Source: Elusimicrobiota bacterium (lineage in GTDB: Bacteria; Elusimicrobiota; UBA8919). From it: a DNA stretch of 33,966 bases. The notes below the pieces were generated by a model. It saw only the letters and a program-made list of their open reading frames with translations, did not search any database and was not told where the DNA came from. The stretch lies in assembly GCA_043802785.1 (NCBI GenBank), contig JAZDKR010000052.1, forward strand, positions 1 to 33,966, given 5' to 3'. This document shows, one piece after another, positions 1 through 9,661 of the stretch (position 1 is its first letter; every line of letters starts with the position of its first letter). Made by a program: the position numbers and the translations under genes.

Positions 1-59
1 GCTTTGTGATACCGGTGATAAATACTTTTAAAGTAATTCATCTTGAATTCTAATTTCAT

Positions 60-87
60 AATCTAACCCTCCCTTCAGGGTTAGATT
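60..87 (+). other. perfect hairpin (aatctaaccct / agggttagatt, loop cccttc)
   Basis: Inverted repeat read directly. It may be a terminator of an upstream gene or an operator and overlaps the first direct repeat. Confidence 0.5.
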
Positions 88-135
88 ATACATGATTTGA
101 CGATGACCCCTTGGGTTAGATTATACATGATTTGA
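78..135 (+). promoter_or_regulatory. two identical 23-bp direct repeats (gggttagattatacatgatttga) 35 bp apart, immediately upstream of a promoter
   Basis: Exact repeats at 78-100 and 113-135, seen in the sequence. Their position just 5' of the -35 box suggests a transcription-factor binding site. Confidence 0.55.
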
Positions 136-144
136 TACGAACCC

Positions 145-173
145 TTGACTTCTAATGTAAAGATTGATATAAT
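145..173 (+). promoter_or_regulatory. sigma70-like promoter TTGACT-17-TATAAT
   Basis: ttgact at 145-150, a 17-nt spacer, tataat at 168-173, roughly 90 nt upstream of the GTG start at 262. Confidence 0.5.
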
Positions 174-261
174 GAAATTGTTGAATTCGCGAAAAAAGAT
201 ATTACCACAGAGCAACAATTATTTTGACATTACTTTGAGGTGAGACAGGAGGTGTTTAGAA

Positions 262-2043
262 GTGATAGAAACATTTTGTAAAGAGGAAATAAAAAAGGAT
301 AAAAGTATAGCATATTTCTCGATGGAGATAGGTATTGATTCAAGAATTCCAACATACAGCGGTGGGCTTGGTGTTTTAGCCGGAGATACACTCAGATCCT
401 GTGCTGACCTGAAAGTGCCGATAGTTGGAATAACTCTGTTATATAAAAAAGGATATTTCTATCAGAAATTAGATGAACAAGGTAATCAAACAGAACTACC
501 CGCACAATGGACACCGTCGGATTTTTTAGAACCGTTGCCCGGAAAAATAAATGTAAAGATAGAAAATAGAGATGTCCTTGTTCGGGTGTGGCAGTACAAA
601 TTAAAATCCGTAGATGGGAATTATTTTGTTCCTATATTTCTTCTTGATACCGATGTTCCCGAAAACAGTGATTACGATAAGTCACTTACAGATTATCTTT
701 ATGGCGGAGATGAAAAATATCGGTTTGCACAAGAAATTATTTTGGGAATCGGTGGTGTACGGATGCTTCGTGAACTTGGGTATACTGACATAAAAAAATA
801 TCATATGAACGAAGGGCATTCAAGTTTATTGGTTTTGGAATTAGCAAGACCAGGTAGGTTCGCCTGCGGCGAAGAACTTAAAAAACAAGAAGAACCTTCG
901 TCGGTGCGCGATTTATGCGTTTTTACCACACATACACCTGTTCCGGCAGGTCATGACAAATTTTCATATGATTTAGTGAAAAATGTTCTGGGTGATTTTG
1001 TTTCGCTTGATACTCTTAAAATGCTTGCCGGTGAAAAAAATCTCAATATGACTTTGCTCGCACTAAATTCAGCAGGGTACATAAATGGTGTTGCAAAAAA
1101 ACACGGTGAAGTTTCTCGTGAAATGTTTCCGGGGTACCCGATTGATTCTATAACTAATGGAGTGCATCCATATACTTGGGTATCCGAAAGTTTTAGAAAA
1201 TTATACAATAAATACATTTCTGGTTGGCCAAAAGATCCTTTCACATTAAGAAATATAATGAGTATTCCAAAGACGGAAATATGGGATGCACATATGGGAG
1301 CAAAGAGAAAACTGATTGACTATGTTAATGATGAATCAAATGTCGGAATGAACTATGAAACACTCACAATAGGATTTGCAAGGCGGCTGTCCACATATAA
1401 AAGAGCAGGTCTTTTGTTTTTTGATATTGAGCGGCTTGTTAATATTTCCAAAAAAGCAGGAAAAATACAGGTTGTATTGGCGGGGAAAGCGCATCCGAAA
1501 GATATACATGGGAAGGAGTTAATAAAGAAAATCTTTGAATGTATCCGTAGAGTTAAAAAGGACATAAAGATAGTATATCTCGAAAATTACGATGTAGAAC
1601 TTGGGAAGATAATTACTGCCGGAGTTGATCTTTGGCTGAATACACCTTCAAGACCCAAAGAGGCATCCGGTACTTCCGGAATGAAAGCATCTCTTAACGG
1701 AGTTCCAAATTTTAGTATATTAGATGGTTGGTGGATAGAAGGATGTATTGAGGGCGTTACAGGATGGTCTATTGGGGAAAAAACAATTGGCGCTGTTAGG
1801 AATAAATCACGAGAGACGGATGTTCCATCTATATGGGGAATTTCTGAAACGGTTGAAGAAAATTCTGACGAAAAAGACGCTCATGATTTATACAAAAAAT
1901 TGGAAAATGTAATTATTCCGATGTTCTACAAAGATAGAGAACAGTGGCTAAGTATTATGCAATATTGCATTGCATTTAACGCCTCTTTTTTTAATACAAA
2001 CAGAATGGTTCACGAGTATGTATTGAATGCGTATTTAACATAG
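262..2043 (+). CDS. glgP: alpha-glucan (glycogen/maltodextrin) phosphorylase family, GT35
   Basis: SGGLGVLAGD motif and the PLP-lysine motif EASGTSGMK. GTG start with AGGAGG 8 nt upstream. Confidence 0.85.
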   Translation: MIETFCKEEIKKDKSIAYFSMEIGIDSRIPTYSGGLGVLAGDTLRSCADLKVPIVGITLLYKKGYFYQKLDEQGNQTELPAQWTPSDFLEPLPGKINVKIENRDVLVRVWQYKLKSVDGNYFVPIFLLDTDVPENSDYDKSLTDYLYGGDEKYRFAQEIILGIGGVRMLRELGYTDIKKYHMNEGHSSLLVLELARPGRFACGEELKKQEEPSSVRDLCVFTTHTPVPAGHDKFSYDLVKNVLGDFVSLDTLKMLAGEKNLNMTLLALNSAGYINGVAKKHGEVSREMFPGYPIDSITNGVHPYTWVSESFRKLYNKYISGWPKDPFTLRNIMSIPKTEIWDAHMGAKRKLIDYVNDESNVGMNYETLTIGFARRLSTYKRAGLLFFDIERLVNISKKAGKIQVVLAGKAHPKDIHGKELIKKIFECIRRVKKDIKIVYLENYDVELGKIITAGVDLWLNTPSRPKEASGTSGMKASLNGVPNFSILDGWWIEGCIEGVTGWSIGEKTIGAVRNKSRETDVPSIWGISETVEENSDEKDAHDLYKKLENVIIPMFYKDREQWLSIMQYCIAFNASFFNTNRMVHEYVLNAYLT

Positions 2044-2093
2044 TGTGGACCTTGCTCCGAAGTGTTAATAGAAGAAAGTATGAATGATGAATA

Positions 2094-2115
2094 GCCCCGT
2101 AGGGGCGTTCTGTTT
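2094..2115 (+). terminator. candidate intrinsic terminator (gcccc-gta-ggggc followed by a T-rich tract)
   Basis: GC stem-loop then gttctgttt, downstream of the phosphorylase stop codon. Confidence 0.35.
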
Positions 2116-2163
2116 GTAGCATAATCTCGTGTTTTCTAATCTCTGCCGTTAAAAGGGGGTTTT

Positions 2164-3045
2164 ATGTTTGAAGGAAGTTATGTGGCATTAGTTACGCCGT
2201 TTGCAAACGGCAAAGTTGATTTTGAAAAACTGAAAGAACTTGTAGAGTTTCACATTAAAAATGGAACTAACGGTATTGTTCCATGCGGAACAACAGGTGA
2301 ATCGGCGACGCTTAATTACGAGGAGCATGAAAATGTGATAGAGGTTGTGGTAAAAACCGCCGCCCACCGTGTTAAAATTATTGCTGGCACCGGTTCCAAC
2401 AGCACCGCAGAAACGATTGATATGACGGTATTCGCAAAAAAAGTCGGTGCCGACGGAGTGCTTCTTGTTTCACCTTATTACAACAAGCCGACGCAAAAAG
2501 GGCTTTATCTTCATTTCAAAAAAGTTGCGGATGAAATTGACATCCCGATTATTCTTTACAATATACAATCAAGAACTGCCGTCAACATAGAGCCGGAAAC
2601 AATTGCAAAACTTCACACTGATTGCAAAAATATCGTTGCGATAAAAGAGGCAAGCGGGTCATTGGAGCAGATGGCGAAAATAAAATTGCTCTGCCCGAAA
2701 ATGGACATTGTTAGCGGCGACGATGCGTTAACACTTCCGTTGATGGCTATCGGTGGAGTAGGTGTTATTTCCGTCGTAGCAAACATTGTGCCTCGCGATG
2801 TTTCAGATATGGTGTGGGCTTACCTAAAAGGTGATGTAGAAAAAGCAAAAAAAATGCACTACAAACTTTTTAATTTAACAAAAGCGATGTTCATTGAAAC
2901 AAATCCGATACCTGTCAAGACCGCGATGGGTCTAATGGGTTTATGTTCCGACGAACTTCGGCTTCCTATGTGTGCGATGGACGAAAAAAACAAAGAAAAA
3001 CTTGTTAAAGAAATGAAAAACTACGGTTTATGTAAACGGGCATAA
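2164..3045 (+). CDS. dapA: 4-hydroxy-tetrahydrodipicolinate synthase
   Basis: N-terminus ...ALVTPF...GTNGIVPCGTTGES...; RBS aaggggg present. Confidence 0.93.
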   Translation: MFEGSYVALVTPFANGKVDFEKLKELVEFHIKNGTNGIVPCGTTGESATLNYEEHENVIEVVVKTAAHRVKIIAGTGSNSTAETIDMTVFAKKVGADGVLLVSPYYNKPTQKGLYLHFKKVADEIDIPIILYNIQSRTAVNIEPETIAKLHTDCKNIVAIKEASGSLEQMAKIKLLCPKMDIVSGDDALTLPLMAIGGVGVISVVANIVPRDVSDMVWAYLKGDVEKAKKMHYKLFNLTKAMFIETNPIPVKTAMGLMGLCSDELRLPMCAMDEKNKEKLVKEMKNYGLCKRA

Positions 3046-3164
3046 GCCCGATAAAGATGACCCGCTAATAGTTATAAAGTTCATCCGCATCAGGCGGATA
3101 AAGTTATAAAGTAGCCCCGTTAGAGGCGGCCTGTTAATAGGTCTGTTTGTAGGAGGGGAAAATT

Positions 3165-3923
3165 ATGATCAAAATAGTTGTCTGTGGTGCAGCAGGGAAA
3201 ATGGGAAAAATGATAACTTCAAGGATTCTCTCCGATGAGGAACTTGTTTTGTCAGGTGCAGTTGAATTCACCGGGCATCCGTCGGTAGGACAGCCGATAG
3301 ATAAAATAAATATTACGGATAATTTTTCAGAAGCGTTATCATTATCGGATGTGGCTGTTGATTTTACAATTATGGATGCGACATTACATCATTTGGATAT
3401 TGCCCAAAAGCAAAAAAAAGCGATTATTATAGGCACAACCGGCATTACAAAAGAAGGAATTGGAAAAATAAAAAGTGCTTCCAAAGAAATCCCGATTGTC
3501 CTTGCTCCAAATATGGCTGTCGGAGTGAATCTTTTATTCAAACTTGTTGAAGAAGTTGCGGCGGTTTTGACGAATTATGATGTTGAAATTATTGAGGCAC
3601 ATCACAACCAAAAAAAAGATGCTCCATCCGGAACAGCACTTAATCTTGCCGAGATTATCTCCGCTAAACTTGATTTGGAACCAATTTTTGGCAGGCACGG
3701 AAATGTCGGAGCGAGAAAAAAAGAAATAGGGATTCATGCTGTTCGCGCGGGCGATATCGTTGGTGAGCACACAGTAATTTTTGCCGGTAATGGAGAGCGG
3801 ATTGAACTTATTCACCGTGCCCATACCCGTGAAACATTTGCAGCTGGAGCGGTCAAAGCCGCAAAATGGATTTTCGGCAAAAAACATGGATTTTATACAA
3901 TGAGGGATGTGTTGGGGTTGTAG
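3165..3923 (+). CDS. dapB: 4-hydroxy-tetrahydrodipicolinate reductase
   Basis: GAAGKMG NAD(P)-binding motif and the EAHHNQKKDAPSGTA signature. RBS aggagggg present. Confidence 0.93.
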   Translation: MIKIVVCGAAGKMGKMITSRILSDEELVLSGAVEFTGHPSVGQPIDKINITDNFSEALSLSDVAVDFTIMDATLHHLDIAQKQKKAIIIGTTGITKEGIGKIKSASKEIPIVLAPNMAVGVNLLFKLVEEVAAVLTNYDVEIIEAHHNQKKDAPSGTALNLAEIISAKLDLEPIFGRHGNVGARKKEIGIHAVRAGDIVGEHTVIFAGNGERIELIHRAHTRETFAAGAVKAAKWIFGKKHGFYTMRDVLGL

Positions 3924-3932
3924 AGAATTGTC

Positions 3933-3954
3933 GTAGTTGCCAAGCTTGCTTGGC
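3933..3954 (+). repeat. REP-like element: GTAGTTGC box plus hairpin gccaagc/gcttggc
   Basis: A member of the recurrent GTAGTTGC-hairpin family, with a conserved 5' box and a variable but complementary stem. Confidence 0.5.
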
Positions 3955-3992
3955 GATTTTGCCATTTATTAGCCGACTACTCTGATTTTCTC

Positions 3993-4015
3993 TGTGTCCT
4001 CCGTGTCCTCCGTGG
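3993..4015 (+). promoter_or_regulatory. leader motif tgtgtcctccgtgtcctccgtgg 13 nt upstream of the ATG
   Basis: The same motif class recurs at 4750-4772 and 15383-15407, each directly 5' of a start codon that has no Shine-Dalgarno sequence. Confidence 0.35.
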
Positions 4016-4028
4016 CGGATTTTCTTGT

Positions 4029-4661
4029 ATGATATACAAATTTACTAAAAAACCATCAAAAATTATCTGCGTTGGATTAAATTATATTGACCATGCAAAA
4101 GAACTTGGTATGAATTCGCTACGGCGAACGGATGAGCCGATAATTTTTCTGAAGCCACCGTCGGCAATCATTTTCAATAATGAAAAAATAAAATATCCAA
4201 ACAGTTCAAAACAGGTTGATTACGAAGCAGAACTTGCAATTGTCATCGGAAAAAAATGCAAAAATGTTTCTGAAAAAGACGCAAAAAAATATATTCTCGG
4301 ATACACCTGTCTCAACGATGTGACAGCGCGGGATTTACAGAAAAAAGATGGCCAATGGACAAGAGCAAAATCGTTTGATACATTCTGTCCGCTTGGACCG
4401 CATATCATTTCAGGAATCGCAAATCCAAATAATCTAAAAATTGAACTTTACTTAAACGGCGAATTAAAACAGTCATCTAACACAAAAAATTTGATTTTTA
4501 AAGTTGAAAAACTTGTTTCATTTATCTCAAAAATTATGACACTTGAAAAATATGATGTCATAGCAACAGGCACACCCGTCGGCGTTGGACCTGTCCAAAT
4601 CGGCGATAAAATAGAAGTAAAAATAGAAAAAATCGGCACATTGACAAATTGGATTATTTAA
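4029..4661 (+). CDS. fumarylacetoacetate hydrolase (FAH) family protein
   Basis: Motifs ...YEAELAIVIG..., ...LNDVTARD... and ...GTPVGVG..., typical of the FAH / 2-keto-4-pentenoate hydratase fold. Confidence 0.8.
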   Translation: MIYKFTKKPSKIICVGLNYIDHAKELGMNSLRRTDEPIIFLKPPSAIIFNNEKIKYPNSSKQVDYEAELAIVIGKKCKNVSEKDAKKYILGYTCLNDVTARDLQKKDGQWTRAKSFDTFCPLGPHIISGIANPNNLKIELYLNGELKQSSNTKNLIFKVEKLVSFISKIMTLEKYDVIATGTPVGVGPVQIGDKIEVKIEKIGTLTNWII

Positions 4662-4665
4662 GTTT

Positions 4666-4702
4666 GTCATTGCGAGGTCGTCCCGCCACGGCGGGATCAG
4701 CC
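4666..4702 (+). mobile_element. partial MITE-like element (left TIR GTCATTGCGAGG plus hairpin cccgcc-acg-gcggg)
   Basis: Shares the TIR and internal hairpin with the full copies at 15282 and 27802. It sits right after a stop codon, so it may act as a terminator. Confidence 0.5.
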
Positions 4703-4749
4703 ACAAATTTCACGAATTCAACGAATTAAAAAGAAAAGAAATTAGTTTT

Positions 4750-4772
4750 TGTGTTCTTCGTGTCCTTCGTGG
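4750..4772 (+). promoter_or_regulatory. leader motif tgtgttcttcgtgtccttcgtgg 17 nt upstream of the ATG
   Basis: Second copy of the motif seen at 3993. Both are followed by ttttcttgtATG. Confidence 0.35.
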
Positions 4773-4789
4773 CTATTCAGTTTTCTTGT

Positions 4790-5209
4790 ATGAAAATATT
4801 TACCGATAAAATTGATTTTGAAACAAAAGGCAACTGCGATATTGTAAATATCACCGACGAGGTTTTCGGCGTTCTTAAAAAATCAGAAATTAAAAACGGT
4901 CTGTTGAATGTTTTTATTGCTGGTGCAACAGGTGCTATCACAACAATAGAATACGAGCCGGGACTTGTTGCCGACTTCCAAAATATGCTTATCAAAATTG
5001 TTCCCGAAAATGGCGAATATCAACACAATATAACACACTCCGACGGAAACGCCGCCTCACATTTAAGAGCATCCCTGTTAGGTCCATCTCTTACCATTCC
5101 TGTAGAAAAAAGCAAAATGATTTTGGGAACTTGGCAGCAAATTATTTTTGTTGATATGGACAACCGCCCACGAAAAAGAGAAGTTGTCGTAAAAATTATA
5201 GGTGAATGA
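4790..5209 (+). CDS. yjbQ: YjbQ/UPF0047 family protein (secondary thiamine-phosphate synthase-like)
   Basis: MKIFTDKIDFETKG... N-terminus typical of the family, about 139 aa. The upstream GTG extension from 4751 is rejected because it overlaps the leader motif. Confidence 0.75.
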   Translation: MKIFTDKIDFETKGNCDIVNITDEVFGVLKKSEIKNGLLNVFIAGATGAITTIEYEPGLVADFQNMLIKIVPENGEYQHNITHSDGNAASHLRASLLGPSLTIPVEKSKMILGTWQQIIFVDMDNRPRKREVVVKIIGE

Positions 5210-5403
5210 CCACTTGCAATCAAATCTTCAGCCACTATATTCCGCTGGAGTGCTTAGAATACACCCTGAACACACTGGAAAACAATTCTGACTGTGGGGT
5301 ATGTTCGGAAAGGACTGCTCTTAATAAAAGTGGTCTCTGTGGGCGGTGTGCGAAGAAGTTAGAGCCGCCTGAATGACGAATAGACTGTGTTGTAATCCAA
5401 AAA

Positions 5404-5422
5404 TGTAGTTGCTCTTACAGAG
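5404..5422 (+). repeat. REP-like element: GTAGTTGC plus hairpin gctct/agagc
   Basis: Same 5' box as the 3933 and 21709 copies and the 23551 array. Confidence 0.45.
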
Positions 5423-5532
5423 CCTCCTTTTATGGTACATTATACCATAAAAACCATAAAAAAACCGTTACCGAAATACTGAGGAATTACACACAGGCGG
5501 GCAACTACAATTGCGACACAATCGGGCAGGCA

Positions 5533-5594
5533 GGAATCCAGTTCATCGTCGGAAATATACTTTCTGGATTCCCGTTTGGACGGGCATAACAGCC
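5533..5594 (+). repeat. hairpin repeat ggaatccag...ctggattcc followed by cccgtttggacggg
   Basis: Near-identical arms recur at 26735-26770 inside a MITE-like element. Confidence 0.45.
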
Positions 5595-5736
5595 TTGTTA
5601 GACCGGGCTCATATATTATATTGAAAATAAAAATACTCGACAATTTTATCAACATATTTCATTTTTGAATTTAAGCCAGTTTTAGCTGCTCAAATTCATT
5701 TGACATATAACCGCTAATGAAATAAAAAGGAGTTAT

Positions 5737-8481
5737 ATGAAAGAAACATTATGGTATGCTGTTGCAATTAATGAAGTATTAATAATGCTTGAAACAAATT
5801 GCAAAAACGGTTTAACAGACGCAGAAGCTAAAGAAAGATTGGTAAAACATGGTTTTAATGAATTAATGAAAGAAGATAAAGTTTCTCCTTTTAGCATTTT
5901 CATTAATCAGTTTAAAAACATTCTTATTCTAATCCTAATTATTGCAATTGTGCTTTCGGTTCTTGTGGGTGAATATGTTGATGCAGGAATTATTGCAGTT
6001 ATTGTGTTTTTTGTAGCGATATTAGGGTTTATTCAGGAATATAAAGCGGAACGGGCGCTTGATGCATTAAAAAAGATGCTTTCACCATCTATAACGGTAA
6101 AAAGAAACGGAAAAGAAAGCGAAGTTTTATCCAAAGAACTTGTTCCGGGCGATATTTTAGTACTTGAAGCAGGCGACAAAATTCCTGCAGATGCGAGGCT
6201 TATTGAAAACCACTCCTTAAAGTGCGACGAAGCTTCTTTAACAGGAGAATCTTTTCCTGTTTCAAAAGATATAAAGCCATTGCCTGATGGAACAACGGTA
6301 AATGACAGAAAAAACACGCTTTTTACAGGAACAGCAATCACATATGGCAGGGGTTTGGCTGTTGTTACAGATACAGGGATGAATACTGAATTTGGCAAGA
6401 TAGCTAAAGAAGTTACTTCAATTAAGACTGAAAAAACCCCTCTTGAAAAAAGGACTGATGAGATAGGCAAGTGGTTAAGTATATCTTCTTTATCTATATG
6501 TCTGCTTGTGATAATAGTCAGCATTATCAGGGAGTATTTAGGAGGAACTGTTAATGTAGGATTTATAGTAAAGATAACAATGTTTGGAGTAGCTCTTGCG
6601 GTAGCGGCAGTACCGGAGGCCTTGGCGGCTATTGTTACAGGTGCGCTTGCTATAGGTATGCATCAGATGGCAAAGAGAAATGCATTGATAAGAAAAATGC
6701 CTGCTGTTGAAACACTGGGGTGTACAACAGTTATTTGTTCTGATAAAACAGGAACGCTGACAAAAGGCGAAATGACTATTCGTAAAATGTTTGTTTTAAA
6801 CAAGATGATAGAAGTCAGCGGTACGGGATATTCTCCTGTTGGTGAGATTAAGGGGATTAGTAATGAAGCAGGCAGTGATGTCGAATTATTGCTTAAATCC
6901 GGTATTTTGTGCAATGATTCCGAGCTTTATGAAAAAGACGGGAAGTGGTGTGTTAAAGGTGATTCTACTGAAGGCGCACTTTTGGTGGCTGCATCAAAAC
7001 ATGGAATGAATATTTACGAAATTAAAAAAGCCAATGAGAGAGTAGGTGAGCTTCCTTTTAGTTCAGAAAGAAAAATGATGACCACTATTCATAATATGAA
7101 AGAAGGGAATAAACTTGCTTTTATCAAAGGAGCTCCGGAGGTTGTTTTAGAAAGATGTTCAAAAATATTTGATAACAATAAGATAAGAAATATTACAAAA
7201 AACGATGTTGCTGCTATTTCCGTGATAAATGATGAGATGGCAAAAAATGCGTTAAGGGTATTAGCGTTAAGTTATAAAGATATTTCCGGCAGCAATGAAT
7301 ATGAAGAAAACAAAATTGAAAATGATATGGTGTTTCTCGGACTGGTCGGCATGATGGATCCGCCAAGAGAAGAGGTGATAGAAGCTACCAGGGTATGCAA
7401 ACAAATTCATATTAAACCTGTGATGATAACAGGCGACCATAAACTTACTGCTGTTGCAGTAGCAAAAGAAATAGGTTTTTATAATGATGGTGATATGATA
7501 TTGACAGGAGAGGAATTAGATAAGTATTCGGATGAAGAATTCGAAAAAATAGTTCATAAGGTATCTGTTTATGCCAGAGTATCTCCGACTAATAAACTAA
7601 AAATAGTTACTGCTTGGAAAAAAAGGGGCGAAGTTGTTGCAATGACCGGAGACGGTGTCAACGATGCACCTGCGTTAAAACATGCGGACATTGGTATTGC
7701 AATGGGTATAACCGGTACCGAAGTAACAAAAGAAGCCGCAGATATGGTTTTAACCGATGATAATTTTGCTACTATTATAAAAGCCATTGAGTTGGGAAGA
7801 TGGATATATGATAATATAAAGAAATATCTCGCCTTTCTTTTGCAATGTAACATTGTAGAAGTAGTTGTTATTGGAGGGGTAGTCATTATTTTAGGTCCTG
7901 AATATTTGCCGCTCCTGCCCGCAGCTATATTGTATCTAAACTTAGCCACTGATGGGCTTCCTGCACTTGCCTTGGGGATAGCACCTCCTGACCCCGATAT
8001 CATGCAAAAACCACCTAGAAATCCGAAAGAAAGTGTCTTCTCGTTGGATGTGAGTTCCTTCCTTGTAAGGGCAATTATCATTGAGGTCCCTTTCTTTTTC
8101 TTCATCTTCTTTCACGACCTTGGTGACATAACTCACGCCAGAACAGAGATGTTTTTCTTGTTTATAATCATAGAGCTTGTTGTTGCCCTGAACTGCCGTT
8201 CTCTCACACACAGTATCTTTAAGGCACCGCCGCATAAATGGCTTATCATAGCTGTTATTTGGGAGATTATATTAATTGCTGTACTAATTCAGATTCCAGC
8301 AGTATGTAATGCCTTTGGAATAAGTAAACCATCAATATCTGATATTGGAACAATATTAGGTTTTGGAATTGTTGTATTCGTTCTAATGGAAGTGACAAAA
8401 GCTATTTTGAGAAATAAAATAAGTTTTGATACAAAGAAAGGAGAATTACAAAATGGAAAGAAAAACGGGTATCTTAAATGA
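5737..8481 (+). CDS. P-type ATPase, type IIA/IIB (Ca2+/Mg2+-transporting)
   Basis: Motifs TGES, DKTGTLT, KGAPE, MITGD and GDGVNDAPAL. RBS aaaaggag present. Confidence 0.9.
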   Translation: MKETLWYAVAINEVLIMLETNCKNGLTDAEAKERLVKHGFNELMKEDKVSPFSIFINQFKNILILILIIAIVLSVLVGEYVDAGIIAVIVFFVAILGFIQEYKAERALDALKKMLSPSITVKRNGKESEVLSKELVPGDILVLEAGDKIPADARLIENHSLKCDEASLTGESFPVSKDIKPLPDGTTVNDRKNTLFTGTAITYGRGLAVVTDTGMNTEFGKIAKEVTSIKTEKTPLEKRTDEIGKWLSISSLSICLLVIIVSIIREYLGGTVNVGFIVKITMFGVALAVAAVPEALAAIVTGALAIGMHQMAKRNALIRKMPAVETLGCTTVICSDKTGTLTKGEMTIRKMFVLNKMIEVSGTGYSPVGEIKGISNEAGSDVELLLKSGILCNDSELYEKDGKWCVKGDSTEGALLVAASKHGMNIYEIKKANERVGELPFSSERKMMTTIHNMKEGNKLAFIKGAPEVVLERCSKIFDNNKIRNITKNDVAAISVINDEMAKNALRVLALSYKDISGSNEYEENKIENDMVFLGLVGMMDPPREEVIEATRVCKQIHIKPVMITGDHKLTAVAVAKEIGFYNDGDMILTGEELDKYSDEEFEKIVHKVSVYARVSPTNKLKIVTAWKKRGEVVAMTGDGVNDAPALKHADIGIAMGITGTEVTKEAADMVLTDDNFATIIKAIELGRWIYDNIKKYLAFLLQCNIVEVVVIGGVVIILGPEYLPLLPAAILYLNLATDGLPALALGIAPPDPDIMQKPPRNPKESVFSLDVSSFLVRAIIIEVPFFFFIFFHDLGDITHARTEMFFLFIIIELVVALNCRSLTHSIFKAPPHKWLIIAVIWEIILIAVLIQIPAVCNAFGISKPSISDIGTILGFGIVVFVLMEVTKAILRNKISFDTKKGELQNGKKNGYLK

Positions 8482-9565
8482 GAAAAAATTCAGTAAATAT
8501 TTTTTACTGGTAACCTTTATTCTATTCTTAATAGTTTTTTTATATATGATAAGGGTATTTATACTTCCTATAATTCTTGCTGTAGTAATTGCAACACTGG
8601 TTTATCCTTTATTCAAAATAATCTTGAAATTAACAAAAAACAGGCGGACTCTTGCATCACTGTTGAGTTGTTTAATAATTTTGATGGTGATATTGTTGCC
8701 GTTAATCTTTATTTTTAATCTGGTGATAGTTCAAAGTGTTGAGTTTTATCGTACATCAGGGCATGAAATAGAGGGGATAATTCAAAAAGGCAGTACGGGA
8801 ATCATCGGGGAAATCACGAATTCATTTATAGGCAAACACCTGTCAGCATATAATATCACTATTGACTGGAAATCCATTATAGAAAAAATCCTAAATTTTT
8901 TTAATTCTGCAATAATAAAATATATTAACATGTCCTCTGTGGCAACTGCGGGTGTAATATTCGATTTGTTTATCATAATGTTTTCGCTATTTTATTTTTT
9001 GCGGGATGGAGAAAGAATGTTGACTAAAATCAAGGATATTATACCTCTCAGCGATGAATATAAAGATAGGATAATATCCAGATTCTATTCGATGACAAAT
9101 ATTACCGTCAAAGGGATACTTTTTATAGCTTTTTTGCAGAGTGTTCTTGCTACATTAACATTATGGGTTTTTGGAGTGAAGGCATGGCTATTGTGGGGAA
9201 TAGTAATACTTATATTTTCCGCTATTCCTTTTGTAGGTACTGGTGCCGTATTGATACCTGCAGGTATTATCAAGATAATAAGCGGCGATATTGGTCAGGG
9301 TATAGCGATAATGATTATAAGTGTATTCTTCATCTCCTTGATAGACAATGTTCTCCGACCCAGAATAATAGGGCAGAGTGCCGGAATGCATGATTTATTG
9401 GTATTTTTTTCAATAATAGGAGGTATTGTCTCATTCGGTCCTGCCGGTTTGATAATAGGACCCCTTATTGCTGCGATTTTCCTGACTATCCTTGAGATAT
9501 ATAAAATTGAATTCCGTTCACAAATTGAACACTCAAATTTTACAAAGGAGGTGACTATAGAATAA
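8453..9565 (+). CDS. AI-2E family transporter (UPF0118, PerM/TqsA-like)
   Basis: Polytopic membrane protein with a ...DNVLRPRIIGQS... signature. ATG at 8453 with AAGGAG 9 nt upstream; it overlaps the ATPase 3' end. Confidence 0.8.
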   Translation: MERKTGILNEKKFSKYFLLVTFILFLIVFLYMIRVFILPIILAVVIATLVYPLFKIILKLTKNRRTLASLLSCLIILMVILLPLIFIFNLVIVQSVEFYRTSGHEIEGIIQKGSTGIIGEITNSFIGKHLSAYNITIDWKSIIEKILNFFNSAIIKYINMSSVATAGVIFDLFIIMFSLFYFLRDGERMLTKIKDIIPLSDEYKDRIISRFYSMTNITVKGILFIAFLQSVLATLTLWVFGVKAWLLWGIVILIFSAIPFVGTGAVLIPAGIIKIISGDIGQGIAIMIISVFFISLIDNVLRPRIIGQSAGMHDLLVFFSIIGGIVSFGPAGLIIGPLIAAIFLTILEIYKIEFRSQIEHSNFTKEVTIE

Positions 9566-9661
9566 ACACATCACGAGATTCATAAAATTGATATTTTGAC
9601 AGGACTAAATCTTCAGCGAGATGTAATGATGAAGATTAGTATCAACAAAGGAGGTAGGAAA

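Noticed and set aside
2044-2163. Lysine riboswitch upstream of dapA
   Set aside because: The spacer is only 120 nt and lacks L-box conserved segments. It contains a terminator-like hairpin instead.
4751-4789. GTG-extended start for yjbQ
   Set aside because: The extension translates the shared leader motif; YjbQ-family proteins begin MKIF.../MK..F, matching the ATG at 4790.
5460-5736. M-box (Mg2+) riboswitch ahead of the P-type ATPase
   Set aside because: The only GUUAG-like segment is about 140 nt from the ATG and is followed by AT-rich sequence that cannot form the M-box helices.
6033-8235. Minus-strand ORFs (6033-6524, 6663-6914, 7569-8105, 7942-8235)
   Set aside because: All lie antisense within the well-supported P-type ATPase gene. 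They are low-complexity with no RBS and are typical shadow ORFs.
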